DNA of 64,000 nucleotides from positions 363,506,001 through 363,570,000 of the forward strand of contig NC_067398.1 of assembly GCF_016432865.1 (NCBI RefSeq), in the 5' to 3' direction. Below are positions 27,401 to 39,114 of this stretch, piece after piece. Numbering within the stretch: position 1 is the first letter of the stretch; each line of letters begins with the position of its first letter. The notes beneath the pieces were generated by a model that searched no databases, was not told the origin of the DNA, and saw only the letters and a list, made by a program, of their open reading frames with translations. A program made the position numbers and the translations under genes. This DNA comes from Antechinus flavipes. Lineage: Eukaryota.

Positions 27401-29730
27401 CATCATCACTCAGGGAATTGCTTGGGATAAAAAGAGGCAGTTAAGTGGCAGGTTGGATAGAGTGCTGGGCTTAGAGTCAAGATGGTGTGAGTTCATATTA
27501 TGTATAAAATACTTATATGTGTAAGTCTCTGCACAAGCCTCCTAATCATCTCAATCTCAGTTTCCTCATTTGCAGAATAGTAGTGCTAATAACAATACTT
27601 TCCTCATAAGATTATTGTGAGAATCAAAAGAAATTTCATCTATATATGGTGTATATGTATATACATACATATCCTATATGTATATATAAAATGTCTTTTT
27701 CAAATGTTGAAGTGACCTATAAATGCTAGTTATTAAGAAGAGACTTGCCCAGGTAGGGTTTGAAGCTTACCTTCTGGATTCTAAGGTCAGAACTCTATCT
27801 AGCTTATTTTAATTATGTAGCTGATCACTTAAAACAAAATGTTGACTGAATGAATTTTGAAGGTGAAAGGCAGCCTTATATAGTGAAATTATCACTTGAT
27901 AACAAGTCAGAGGATCTACTGTGTTCAACTCCCAAGACTGATATTTACTAGCCCTGTTGCTTTAGACAAGTTACTTTTTGTCTAATTCTATCAGAATTCT
28001 GCTACTAAGTGTGCAAATGTAGCCCAAGTGATTTTTTTTCTCTTATCCTTTCTGCCTATCCAAATAATAATCATTCTTCAGGATCCAGCCTATGGGCTCC
28101 CCGAAGCCTTCCTTCCATGATCACTCCACCTTATGCAGATCTCTATTACTGTCTTCTTTTAACACAATTATTGCCCCTTATACTGATATCTAATTACTTC
28201 ATGTGTGCTGTTCTCCTTGTTAACTTTGTGCCCTTCAATCCCTGGATTCTGTGGGTTTTCATTGATTGCCCCTCATCTTCATCTCATGTCTTCCTTCAAG
28301 TCTTACCTAATACCTTACTTTCTATAGGAAGTCTTTCCCAGCCTCTCCTAATTCTAGTGCCTTCCCTTTCTGGATTAGTTTCTCCTAATTATAATGGATT
28401 AATAATTAATCCTAATTATTAATGGATTAGTTGTTTGTATGTAATTGGGTGTGTAGCCTTCCCTTTAGACTGGAAGCTTCTTTAGGAAAGGAATTGTGGA
28501 ATATTTTTGGAATCCTTTGTATTTCCAGTACTTAACCCAGGACTTGGAACATAATAAGTGCTTAATAAATGCTATTGATCACTTTTTTCCTAACGTGAGT
28601 GTAATAATAGTAATGACAGCTTACATTATGCTTCACAGTTTATAAGTTATTCTGTATGCTCATTTCATTTCATTCTGGCAAAAATCCTAACACTATTCTT
28701 ATTTCATAGGTGAGGAAACCAAGGCATATATGCAATTAGTAAGTAGTAAAATAGATATTTGAATCCAATCCTCTAGTTTGGGCTCTAGAACTTTTCCCTG
28801 TAATTCAGCATGGGTCAAGAACCTTATTTTTTTCTTTTTTTGTACCTATGAAATTTCTAGCATAAGGCTGAGCATTCCATAAACATACCATACCATAGAT
28901 TTTTGATGAATCCAAATCTTCGAGTGCCTTTTCTTTCTTTGAAGACCTTATCTTAAAAAGGCCAAGGTCTCCACTGCATCCAGGACCATCTCCAACCATC
29001 CTGATCAATATCTTGCCACTGGACCCAAATGGCTCTGGAGGGGAAAGTGAGGCAGGTTACCTTGCACAGCTCTCCCTCACTTAGTTCATTTGCATGTCAT
29101 GGCATTATTTCCCTGATGTCATGGTCCCCTTCAAGAACAAAGGACAAACCACCACAACAACAATCTTCACCCATAACGTTTCTTCTACCAAAGTTATAGA
29201 ATGAACAAATGAATAAACATTTATTAAGCACTTATTATATGTCAAGTGTGACTTCTTGCTGGGTTATAAAAACATCAAATTATGTATCTAGAACCAGAAT
29301 AATTCCAGACTACTTAGTTGAATGATTCATTCTATAGATAAAGAAATTGAAACTCAAGGAGGTTGTGGTGTGTCCAGGCACATGAGGTTGTAATCATTAG
29401 ATCAGGAATTTGTACCAAGGCCCTCTGATTCTGGTTCTGGGGGCCTTTTCACTATGCCACAGCTGCTCCCTAAGGCTCCATGGGCCAAGAATCATATTTT
29501 ATAGTTCTCTGGCATACCTACAATGTCTAGCATAGTTCTAAAGATACCATAAGGCTTTAATAAATATTAATAAATTGACATTTTCTAATGTCCCTCTTTG
29601 ACCCTCCTTTTTTTTTTTCTGGAGAAGTCATAGCATGATGCCTCTTGCTTCATCCCTAGTCTGGCCAAATTTCTATGTTTCCCTCCCAAGGGTGCTCTTG
29701 AAAATATAACTTCCTTTGTTCACACAACAG

Positions 29731-29807
29731 ATGGCTTTGCAGGGATCAGGATGATGGCCAGTTGATCCGAGAATTATTACCCAGTGGCAGCAATGCAACA
29801 TTGAAAA
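29731..29807 (+). CDS. LOXHD1: LOXHD1 small exon (77 nt, phase 2-1), [25 protein letters not shown]
   Basis: ttcctttgttcacacaacag acceptor, A|gtgagt donor. It restores frame between the 23129 and 33411 exons and is too short for the ORF track. Confidence 0.93.
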
Positions 29808-32034
29808 GTGAGTTATCCCTGGGGAATACTCCTTTCTGAGGGACCATGTAGGGTATATGTTTCTGGGCTGGGGAGAAGTATTCACTCCACTGAATAGGAA
29901 TCAGATGATTTCCCAGGTCAAAAAGAAGCTGTGACCTTTGGGAAGGAAGTAGAGGAGAGGAGGGAAAACCATGTTAGTTTCATTTAATGGGAAGCGGAGG
30001 GGGTGGAGTGGGGTGTGAGGGAAAGCATTCTGGACTCCAAATTAGGAACCTGGGGTCTAATCTGGGTTCTGTTGCTAGTTAGCCATGATCATAGAATGGA
30101 AAGAAAAGAAAGTACAAATTGGAGTTTGGGCTTAGTCAACTGATGTCCATAAGAGAGAGAAGAAGATTTAGACTTATCCTAACAAAACTACCCAGAGTAA
30201 ATTAAAAGTGATAATGGTTAAGTAAGATTGTCAATCTGAGGATGACTTCTTTCCAGCCTATCCCATAATGAGTGCTTGGTGCTCATCCCACAGTTGGGAA
30301 ATTTTAAAGAACTTGAAAGAGAGGAACAAATTCAGTCCAGTGGAAGGAAAGGGAAAGAGGGAACAAACATTTATTAAGCACTATTATGTGTCAAGCTTTA
30401 CAAATACCTCATGTGATCTTCACAACAATGGAAGTTGTTGCTATTATTATTCCCATTTTATAATTAAAGAAATTGAGATAAGCACTCATTAAATGGCTTG
30501 TCCACATAGCTATTAAAAGTCTGAGCTTATATTTAAACTCAACATACAATTCAGGAATTAGAGAACCTGGGATTGATTCCTGATTTCCACTTAACAGCTA
30601 TAGAACAAGTTATTCAGCTTCAGTTGCCTTACCTATAAAAATCCAATAACTATGGGTTGCCACAGGAGATAATGTATAGAAATCATCATATAATATGAGC
30701 TGTTATTGTTCTTTACTATGGGACTTAATCTTCAAAACATCTGCCTCTGAAGAAAGCAGAAGAGATATTGTTCCAATTTTATATTCAACTAATCAACAAG
30801 TCTTTATTAAGCACTTGTTATTGCATCATTTCAATCATGTCCAATTCTCTGTAATCTTATTTGGGGTTTTCTTGGCAAAGATACTGAGGTGGCTTGCCAT
30901 TTCCTTCTTCAGCTCATTTTACTGATGAGGAAATTGAGGTAAACAGGGTTAAGTGACTTGCTCAGAGTCATATTGCTAATAATTATTTGTGTCTGGATTT
31001 GAACTCAGGAAGATGAGTCTTGTTTATTAAGTGCTTCCTATGTGCCAGACACAAAGCTAAGAACTGGAGATACAAATAAAGATAAAAATAGAATTTTGGT
31101 TCTCAAGGGGATCACATTTTAATGGAGTGTCAGCATACGAATAACTATGTATATGCACCACATATAGAATGTAAGTGGGACGTAACTCAGAAATAAGTCT
31201 AACAATAAAATGTAGAGATGGGGAGCTGGGAAAAGCCTCTCATTTAACAGATGAGACTGAGCTTCTGAAGGAGAAATGCTCTAAGCTAAACAGTAAACCC
31301 AGGATTCCTGATTTCCATTCTTATCCTCCTTTTGTCACAGTGCACTGTGTCCTTGACATAGGTAAATGACAGCTCCCGGATCCCCAGAATCATCAGCTGG
31401 GACAATAGAATTTGGGTAGACAGAATATGGAATTATGAGGAGTTCATTTTCTTCTCAGATCCTGTTAATGTTTTATAGGGAGAAGGAAAAAAACGGCTTT
31501 TTAAAGGAGGCCTCTGGGCCTCTCAAGCAGCTGGCTAATTTGAACTGTGCCCACAGAGTTGTCCTTTGTGCTTGCAGCTGCCTTGTTGGCTATTTTATCA
31601 GGCCCTAGCTTGGAGGACAGGCCCCCCGGGGAGTTCCATTTCCCTAACTTTAGCTTCCTAACAGGCAGGTGCTGGGGATAGCAGTAAACTCCCAGAGTCA
31701 GAATTAGTGTTACTTACTATATTTATGTCTCTGTCTTATTTTCTCACCAGCTATCCTCTTCCTGAAATCAACAGATGGGGCTTTAAGCCTAGGTTGGGGA
31801 TAAGACTATTCCTCAAAAATGCATAATCACTCTGTTGCTCAGTGATGATAATATTAGCATAGCATATACTTTTATTATATAATATTTTATTGTATAACAT
31901 AAAATGTATTTTATCACATAGCATTGTATAATACTAACATAATAACATTTTAGTTGTTGAGAATTTAGCTGTTTGGTAATCTCATCAATATGAAATAATT
32001 GAGCAGTAGAAAAGGAAGATACCAGGTCTTAGAG

Positions 32035-32280
32035 TGGGCAGCTATGTTGCACAATGGATAGAGAACCAGGCCTGTAATCATGGAGATCTGAGTTCAAATC
32101 CAGCCTCAGATACTTGCTAACTGAGTGATCCTGGGCAAGTAACTTAACCTGTTTGCCTCAGTTTCTGTATTCCAATGGGGACACACTGAGGAAATGGCAA
32201 AATATTCCAGTATCTTTGCCAAGAAAACATCACAAAGTCCATGAGGTCACATAGAATTGGACATGACTGAACAACAAAAA
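32035..32280 (+). mobile_element. MIR/Mar1-type marsupial SINE
   Basis: gggcagcta..ggatagag..gagttcaaatcc.gcctcagatact CORE-SINE head; gactgaacaacaa end. Confidence 0.75.
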
Positions 32281-32599
32281 GTTTTTGAATAGCCAAAAAT
32301 AAATGTTATAAAATCCAAGCACTAAAACTCATATATGTTATTCACCACAGAGTTTTTCAAATCCTTACCCACAGCTAATTTACTCTTAATCAGCAAACAG
32401 TTCTAACAAATGGGATAATATAGTCTTTCTGGCCACAGCAGATCAAAATGATGGAAAAAAGTCAGTTAAAATTGGAAATACCTATATCGACAGATATGAG
32501 AAATAAAGCTAACAGTTTGATCTCAAAGAGGAAAAAGAAAAAACTATGGAAAGTAGGCATAAGAAGACAAAGAAGTGTGAAATATCAAAAAGAGCTAGT

Positions 32600-32790
32600 C
32601 AGGGGTCCTCAAACTTTTTAAATAGAGGGCCAGTTTACTGTCCCTCAGACTGTTGGAGGGCAGGACTATAGTAAAACAAAAACTTTGTTTTGTGGGCCTT
32701 TAAATAAAGAAACTTCATAGCTCTGGGTGAGGGGGATAATCATCCTCAGCTATTGCATCTGGCCCACGGGCCCTAGTTTGAGAACCCCTG
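32600..32790. mobile_element. Non-autonomous hAT MITE, OC1/OposCharlie1-like (second copy)
   Basis: TIRs CAGGGGTCCTCAAACT...AGTTTGAGAACCCCTG. Confidence 0.75.
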
Positions 32791-33410
32791 AATGAAAAAA
32801 TGGCTTTCATGAGTTTTAGTGCTTGGCAAAATCATTAGGTAATCAGAAAGGCATATCTCCCAAAGGTTCAGGTTTGGAGGTTTGATTGGAATAACTTGCT
32901 TACATAGAGAGATTTTTTCCCCTTTTTCAATTTACTTTCACATCTACAATCTAATTTTAATTTCACAACAATCCTATGAAGTAAGTACAACAGGTTTCTT
33001 TACTTTGACAGCATAGTCTAAAGAGCATTAGACTTAGAATTAACAGAACTAAAGTTGAGTCTTGGCTTTTCCAGCTCCTATTTGAATAATCATTGGTAAC
33101 CTACTTCCCCTTTCTTCTTTTAAGCCATTTTCCCTTTGTTTACTCATCTACAAAAAGAAGAGGGTAAATTAGGACTTTCTAGGATCACTTTCAATTTTTA
33201 CATCTCATGATTCCTAAGAAATGAAGATTATCATCTAAGGTTTCAAAAACAGTTAGTATAAGAAGTTCAACTGGAACCCAGATCTTCGCTTCCCTACAGC
33301 TAGGTCATGTTTTCTGATTATATAAGTATCCGTGGCTTAAATGGGAGATACACAAGAATCATTCTCTCCATCTAATCTCTGTATTAATGCCCTCTCTCTT
33401 GTGATCATAG

Positions 33411-33607
33411 ATTTCCGCTATCATATCAGCATCAAGACGGGAGATGTGGGAGGTGCTAGCACTGACTCTAAAGTTTATATCAAACTCTATGGAGAAAAGA
33501 GAGACACCATTAAGCAGATCCTCCAGGTCTCAGATAATAATCTGGGTGATCATTTTGAGCGTCGCCGTGTTGACGAATTTACTCTTGAGACTATGGACAT
33601 TGGAGAG
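33411..33607 (+). CDS. LOXHD1: LOXHD1 exon (197 nt, phase 1-0), [27 protein letters not shown]...[10 protein letters not shown]
   Basis: gatcatag acceptor, GAG|gtaagt donor. Confidence 0.95.
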
Positions 33608-34014
33608 GTAAGTTTTCTTACTATGTAAGACATGTGCACTGATAGGATATTAAGCCTTCTTCCTACCCTCTTTGTCCTTCCCAGCACACATGTATCAACT
33701 TAAAGATGGCTAATATCTGTGATGGTTTACTTTTATGTTGTTCAGTTGCTACAATCATGTCTGCCTCTTCATGACCCCATTTGGGCTTTTCTTGGCAAAG
33801 ATACTGCAGTGATTTTCCATTTCTCCTCCAACTCAGTTTACAGATGAGGAAATTGAGGCAAACAGGATTAAGTGACTTGCCCAAGGTCATACAGCTAGTG
33901 TCTGAGGTCAATTTTAACTTGGGAAAGTGAGTCTTCTTAATTCCAAACCCAATGCTCTGTCATTTTACTTAGCTGCTGTTTTATTTCTATAGACATCTTA
34001 AAAATTTGCCATGA

Positions 34015-34290
34015 GTCCATTTTGACATTGAAGGAGTTAGGACAAGGCACCCCCATAACCTGGAAAATCCATGTAAATTTTTTTGGCTCTCTTTTTACAG
34101 TAGAGAAAAAAATCGGAATTATTATGGTATTAAAAGATAAACTATGTTGCTACTATACCATTTATGAATTTCTAAACCTTTTCTATATCATCTCCTGACC
34201 TTCATGTTTATGGCTCCCCCATTTAAGTTCTTATTCTGACCCATGATATATTAAAACCATGATGAGGGAAAGTCACACTGTGGAAGGAAC
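34015..34290. mobile_element. Marsupial Tigger-like MITE (second copy)
   Basis: Shares ggaaaatccatgtaaa..tttttgg.ctct and later motifs with 15317-15699. Confidence 0.55.
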
Positions 34291-35054
34291 CTGGATTCCT
34301 ACATAAATCCCACTTGGTGTTCACAACAACATTACCTCCATTTTGTAGTTGAAGAACTGGACACAGCAATGAATAATGACTTGCTCACAGTCAGACTCAG
34401 TACTTAAAGCCAGATCTTTGGAATCAGAACCCAGTGTTATTTCCTCTGATATCATTTCCCTGCCCCTTCCACATTCTTTCTCCCTAACTTCCTAACAGGA
34501 ATCTGTTTTGGAAAACAGAGTCAAAACATTAGAAAGGCTGGACTTGAAGCACACTAAGGGCTGTGAAGAGTGGCTGATGAATCATCCTGATACAGGCTTT
34601 AGTGATGGGAGAAGGAATTAGGTAGCAGTTATAATATTTATGTTTACCTTCTCTGTAACAAGAGTCAGGAGCAATGTTCCCAGACCCTGTATCCCAGAAG
34701 GCTATTTTGAGAAGGGGCATCAAGGTGTCAGGGAAGAGGATGCCAGGAGACCAAAGGGGACTGCCTAACAAGGTAAAAGGGAAGGTAGAGGAAGCTAAAT
34801 TACATTGATTGCTCCATAATTTTGCTGACAAGCAGCTCTTAGTTAAATGTTCTTACCAGGCTTTAAGCCCTTCCCTGAAAAGGCCTAGAACTATCATTTC
34901 TATCCCATTTAGTCCTATACCAAGGACTGCCCCTAAATAAAATTACAGAGAGGCAATGTGGTCTAGACTCTGAGAATCATAGATGAAGAATGAAAAAGGA
35001 TTATAGAAGTCTAATAACATTTTCATTTTTACAAGTGAAACTCTGAAACTGAGA

Positions 35055-35545
35055 TATTTTTACTTATTTTTAATAGTATTTCATTTTTTCAAATATGTGT
35101 AAAGATAGTTTTCAACATACATTTCTGTAAAACTTTGTTTTCTAAATTTTTCTCCCTCCCTCCCTTACTTACTTCCTCCTTCCCCAAAACAGCAAATAAT
35201 CTTAAATAGATTAAATATATGCAATCCTTTAAAACCTATTTCTTTATTTGTCATATTGTACAAGAAAAATCAGACCTAAAGGAAAAAAAAACACAAAAAA
35301 TAAAAAAAAATTAAAAAAAAAGGTGAAAATACTATGCAATAAAATCAGTCTCCATAGTTCTCTCTCTGGATGCAATTGGCATTTTTTTGTGCCAGGTCTT
35401 TGGAATTGCCTTGAATCACTGCATTATTGAAAAGAACCAAGTCCAGTTTCTCATCACATAATCTTATTGTTATTGTGTACAATGTTCTCCTAGTTCTGCT
35501 CACTTCACTTAGCATCATTTTATGTAGGTCTTTCCAGATTTTTCT
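35055..35545 (-). mobile_element. L1 3' end fragment
   Basis: Same L1 3' UTR motifs in reverse orientation. Confidence 0.7.
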
Positions 35546-36709
35546 GAAATTGGAGGCTGAGAGATATTAAGCAAATTGCTCAAGTTCATATAAATAATAA
35601 ATATCTAAGTTAGGATTTGAACTCAGGGCTTCCTAAGTTAGTTCTTTTTCCTTGATACCATGCAATCTCTTTATCTTCTTGCTGTTGTGGTGTTCCCATC
35701 CTACTTCAAAGACCCAACATCCTTCTTGCTTGTTCCCTCTCCAATGAAATCTGTTTTTCCAGAATGTCTCCAAGAACGAGGGTCAAGCTAAGAAGCTAGC
35801 TTATTGTCTTGAGCCTCTGAAATTACACCATATAAGGAGCTTCTGACTGAAAGAATGGGGATGCCATAATTTGGTCCAAGTCCTCTGTAGGGGTGAATGA
35901 TACTAGGTGAAAACAAGGGAGTCCAGAGATTCATTCAATGGGGTAGTCTTGGACCTGCCAAATACCTTTCTGTTTTTTCCCTTTGGGGTATCCCATGATG
36001 TCTGCTAGGCTAACCATATTTCTGAGGCCTGGTGCCAAAAGGTATAACTCAGAACAGTACCTGACATCAGAATCAGAAATCAAAACTTTAGTTTAATTCT
36101 GCTGCTAACTAGTTTTGTGGCCTTGGAAAAGCCACTTAAATCCAACAAGCCTCCATTCCCTTATGGTAGAATAAGAAGTCTTTGTGCTCTCTAAAATGTC
36201 TTCCAGAATTTGCCTTCTCTTCATTGGTAGAAAGGTGATAAAAGTATAGAATGAGACAAATATTTTCATATATGTCAACGCATTGAATTTTTTTCTCTAC
36301 TCTTATTTGTTATAAGGGAGGGCTTCTATTTAAGGAAGTGTGTAGTTTTAGAGATTCAAGAGAAAAGAAATTAACATTAATATTGCATTTTAACATAGCA
36401 CTGAAGGAATCAGACATTCAGACAAATAGGGCAATTTTGAAGCTACTATGTTAAATTTCATAATACTTCAGGAAAATCCACCAAATTGCATATAACAATT
36501 TACAATTTCAGAAGCCCTCCTCCTTTTTTGTTCTTTTTTGTAGACTGAATGCTTGTGTTTGGTTTTGTTGAAGATTTTAAGCTTATAATAAAAGAAAAAC
36601 CAAAACCAAAACCAAAACTAGAGAGCCTTCCAATTCAAACATTCAGTGATTCTATAAGGTAGACCTCACCAACTCCTGTCCCTACACTTAACCCTGAGTT
36701 TCCTTCCAG

Positions 36710-36902
36710 ATCAACCGGCTTATTATCGGCCATGATAGCTCGGGCATGAGTGCAGGCTGGTTTTTGGGCAGCATTCAGATTCGGGTGCCCCGCCAAGGCA
36801 AGAAGTACACATTTCCTGTCAATCGCTGGTTGGACAAGAATGCAGCTGATGGCCGCACAGAAGTGGAGCTGTACCCCAGTGAGGTTGAGGAGATTGAACA
36901 AT
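36710..36902 (+). CDS. LOXHD1: LOXHD1 exon (193 nt, phase 0-1), [43 protein letters not shown]...EVEEIEQ
   Basis: ttccttccag acceptor, T|gtaagc donor. Confidence 0.95.
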
Positions 36903-37468
36903 GTAAGCCCATAGGAGGTTGTTTGTTTGTCGCTCAAGAGGAAAGGAAGAAGATCATTGACTTGGTCCACATCCTTAAGAGAAAGTCTTATGTAGAGGCA
37001 ATATCTTATGTAGAGATAATAAGTGACTCACATAGATCATCTGTAAGAGATGGAACATAAGATATTATCCTCATTCTACAGATAGGGAAGTCAAGGCCTG
37101 CAATGGTGAAACAGTTTACTTAGAAGCTATATGATAGCTGGTATGATGTGAGGAGGCACCATCAATTAGTTACTTAATCTATAAGTATTTATTGGTTACT
37201 TATGGTGCCCTCAAAACTGTTTTATATTTTTTTAAAAAACTACAAAAGAAGGCAGGGTAATATTCATCTTCATAAGCAGCAACCAAACTCAATGAGTAAC
37301 TAGTCTACTTCAATCCCTTATTGCCTCACACTTAGATTTTTGCAACAGCCTTCTAAATGATCTCCTTCCTTCTAGCTCTTTCCCTTCCAATATCACTGCC
37401 AGATTAGTGAAAATTTTTCATAAATTATTCATTCCTATATTCATAGGAATAATTCAACCCTAAATATT

Positions 37469-37604
37469 NNNNNNNNNNNNNNNNNNNNNNNNNNNNNNNN
37501 NNNNNNNNNNNNNNNNNNNNNNNNNNNNNNNNNNNNNNNNNNNNNNNNNNNNNNNNNNNNNNNNNNNNNNNNNNNNNNNNNNNNNNNNNNNNNNNNNNNN
37601 NNNN
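37469..37604. other. Assembly gap (136 N)
   Basis: N run; intronic; no exon is needed here because phases match across it. Confidence 0.99.
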
Positions 37605-38447
37605 GTTACTTGTCCAGTGTCACACAGCTAGGAAGTATTAAGTGTCTGAGATAAGATTTGAATTCACTCCTCCTGACTTCAGGGCTGGTGCTCTATTCAC
37701 GGCATCATCTAGCTGCCTCTGATTGTTCTTTTTCTTAAACAATTTGTTCCAGTCAAAATGAACCCTGTACTATGAAATCTTGAAGTTTCTTTTGACTATT
37801 CTATTCACCTAGAATGTCATTTCCCTTCTTGCCTAGCCAGTTCCCTCTCAATGGAAACTTAGTGTGACATTAATAGTTGTTAGTTAACAGACAAATCAAA
37901 ACTATAAGCTATTGCAATTGTCTTCACTTTATAAAACTGTAATATTTCTAAAGTGGATTTTGTTGAAAGTGAGTTTTTGTTGTATTTGTAAGACTTAGTA
38001 TCAACAGAAAACAACTTAATAGTGATTGAGTAGAAGTGATAAATCTTTCTATTCACTATGGAAAACAAGATAAAACAAAGCATGACAAATGTCACTTAGG
38101 CTCAAGGTAACATTCAAATAACATTTCTGCAGTCCTTCCTTTTCTGCCTCATTATTATCTCTCCTCAAATCCCAGATAATTTTCTGTCAATCAATAAGCT
38201 TTATTAAGTACCTATTAATTGGCACTGGCTCCATTACAGACTGAGGACTTAGTTATCTAATCATCCAGTCTTATTCTCCTCCATGTCCCTCACAGAGGCT
38301 AGCACAAGGCTGGACACAGAATAGCTATCCACTGAAGTTCTCTTTCCACTGAAGTATCCTCTAGAGTTCTGATCACTGCAGAGAATGATCCTCTTTAGAG
38401 TTTCCTTCTCCCTAAATCTTTGTCTACCTCCTTTGACTCTGGTCTAG

Positions 38448-38608
38448 TGATCCATTATGAGGTGGAGATTGTGACCGGGGATATGGGCAATGCAAGCACC
38501 AGCGCCCGGGTCTACATGCAGATCTATGGAGAAGAGGGCAAGACCGAAGTGCTCTTTCTCAAAAGCCGCTCAAAAGTCTTCCAGCGGGGAAACAAGGACA
38601 CTTTTCAG
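38448..38608 (+). CDS. LOXHD1: LOXHD1 exon (161 nt, phase 1-0), [53 protein letters not shown]
   Basis: ggtctag acceptor, CAG|gtatgc donor. Confidence 0.95.
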
Positions 38609-38937
38609 GTATGCTGTGTAGAGGGAAAGCAATCAGGACCGGCTGGGTTCCCAGAGAGCCCCTGTTGGAGTCTCTGGGTATTGTCCAGTTGTCCAGACAA
38701 CTTGGTTCATTTTGTAAGGTCATTGCCTAGGGCACCAGTGAGGACGCGATTCCTTTAGAGCACTGAAGGGAATTATCTCTCCAGGCCTACCAGGGACCTG
38801 GTTCCCAGTCAAGGCTTGGGGTCTTATATCATGGTGTTGTTCTCACTTCCCTTTGTTAATTTTGGTATAGAGCTGAACAAGTGGATGGTGAGTGTATGTG
38901 TGTATGTGTATGAGAGACAGACAGAAACAGAAGCAGA

Positions 38938-39048
38938 CAGAGAGGGAGAGAGAGAGAAAGAAAGAGAGAGAGAGAGAGAAGAGGAGAGAGAGAGAAGAAG
39001 AGAGAGGGGAGAGAGAAGATGGAAGGGGAGAGAGAGAAGAGAGGAGAG

Positions 39049-39110
<62 letters not shown>
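38938..39110. repeat. Imperfect (GA)n polypurine tract
   Basis: direct reading. Confidence 0.95.
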
Positions 39111-39114
<4 letters not shown>

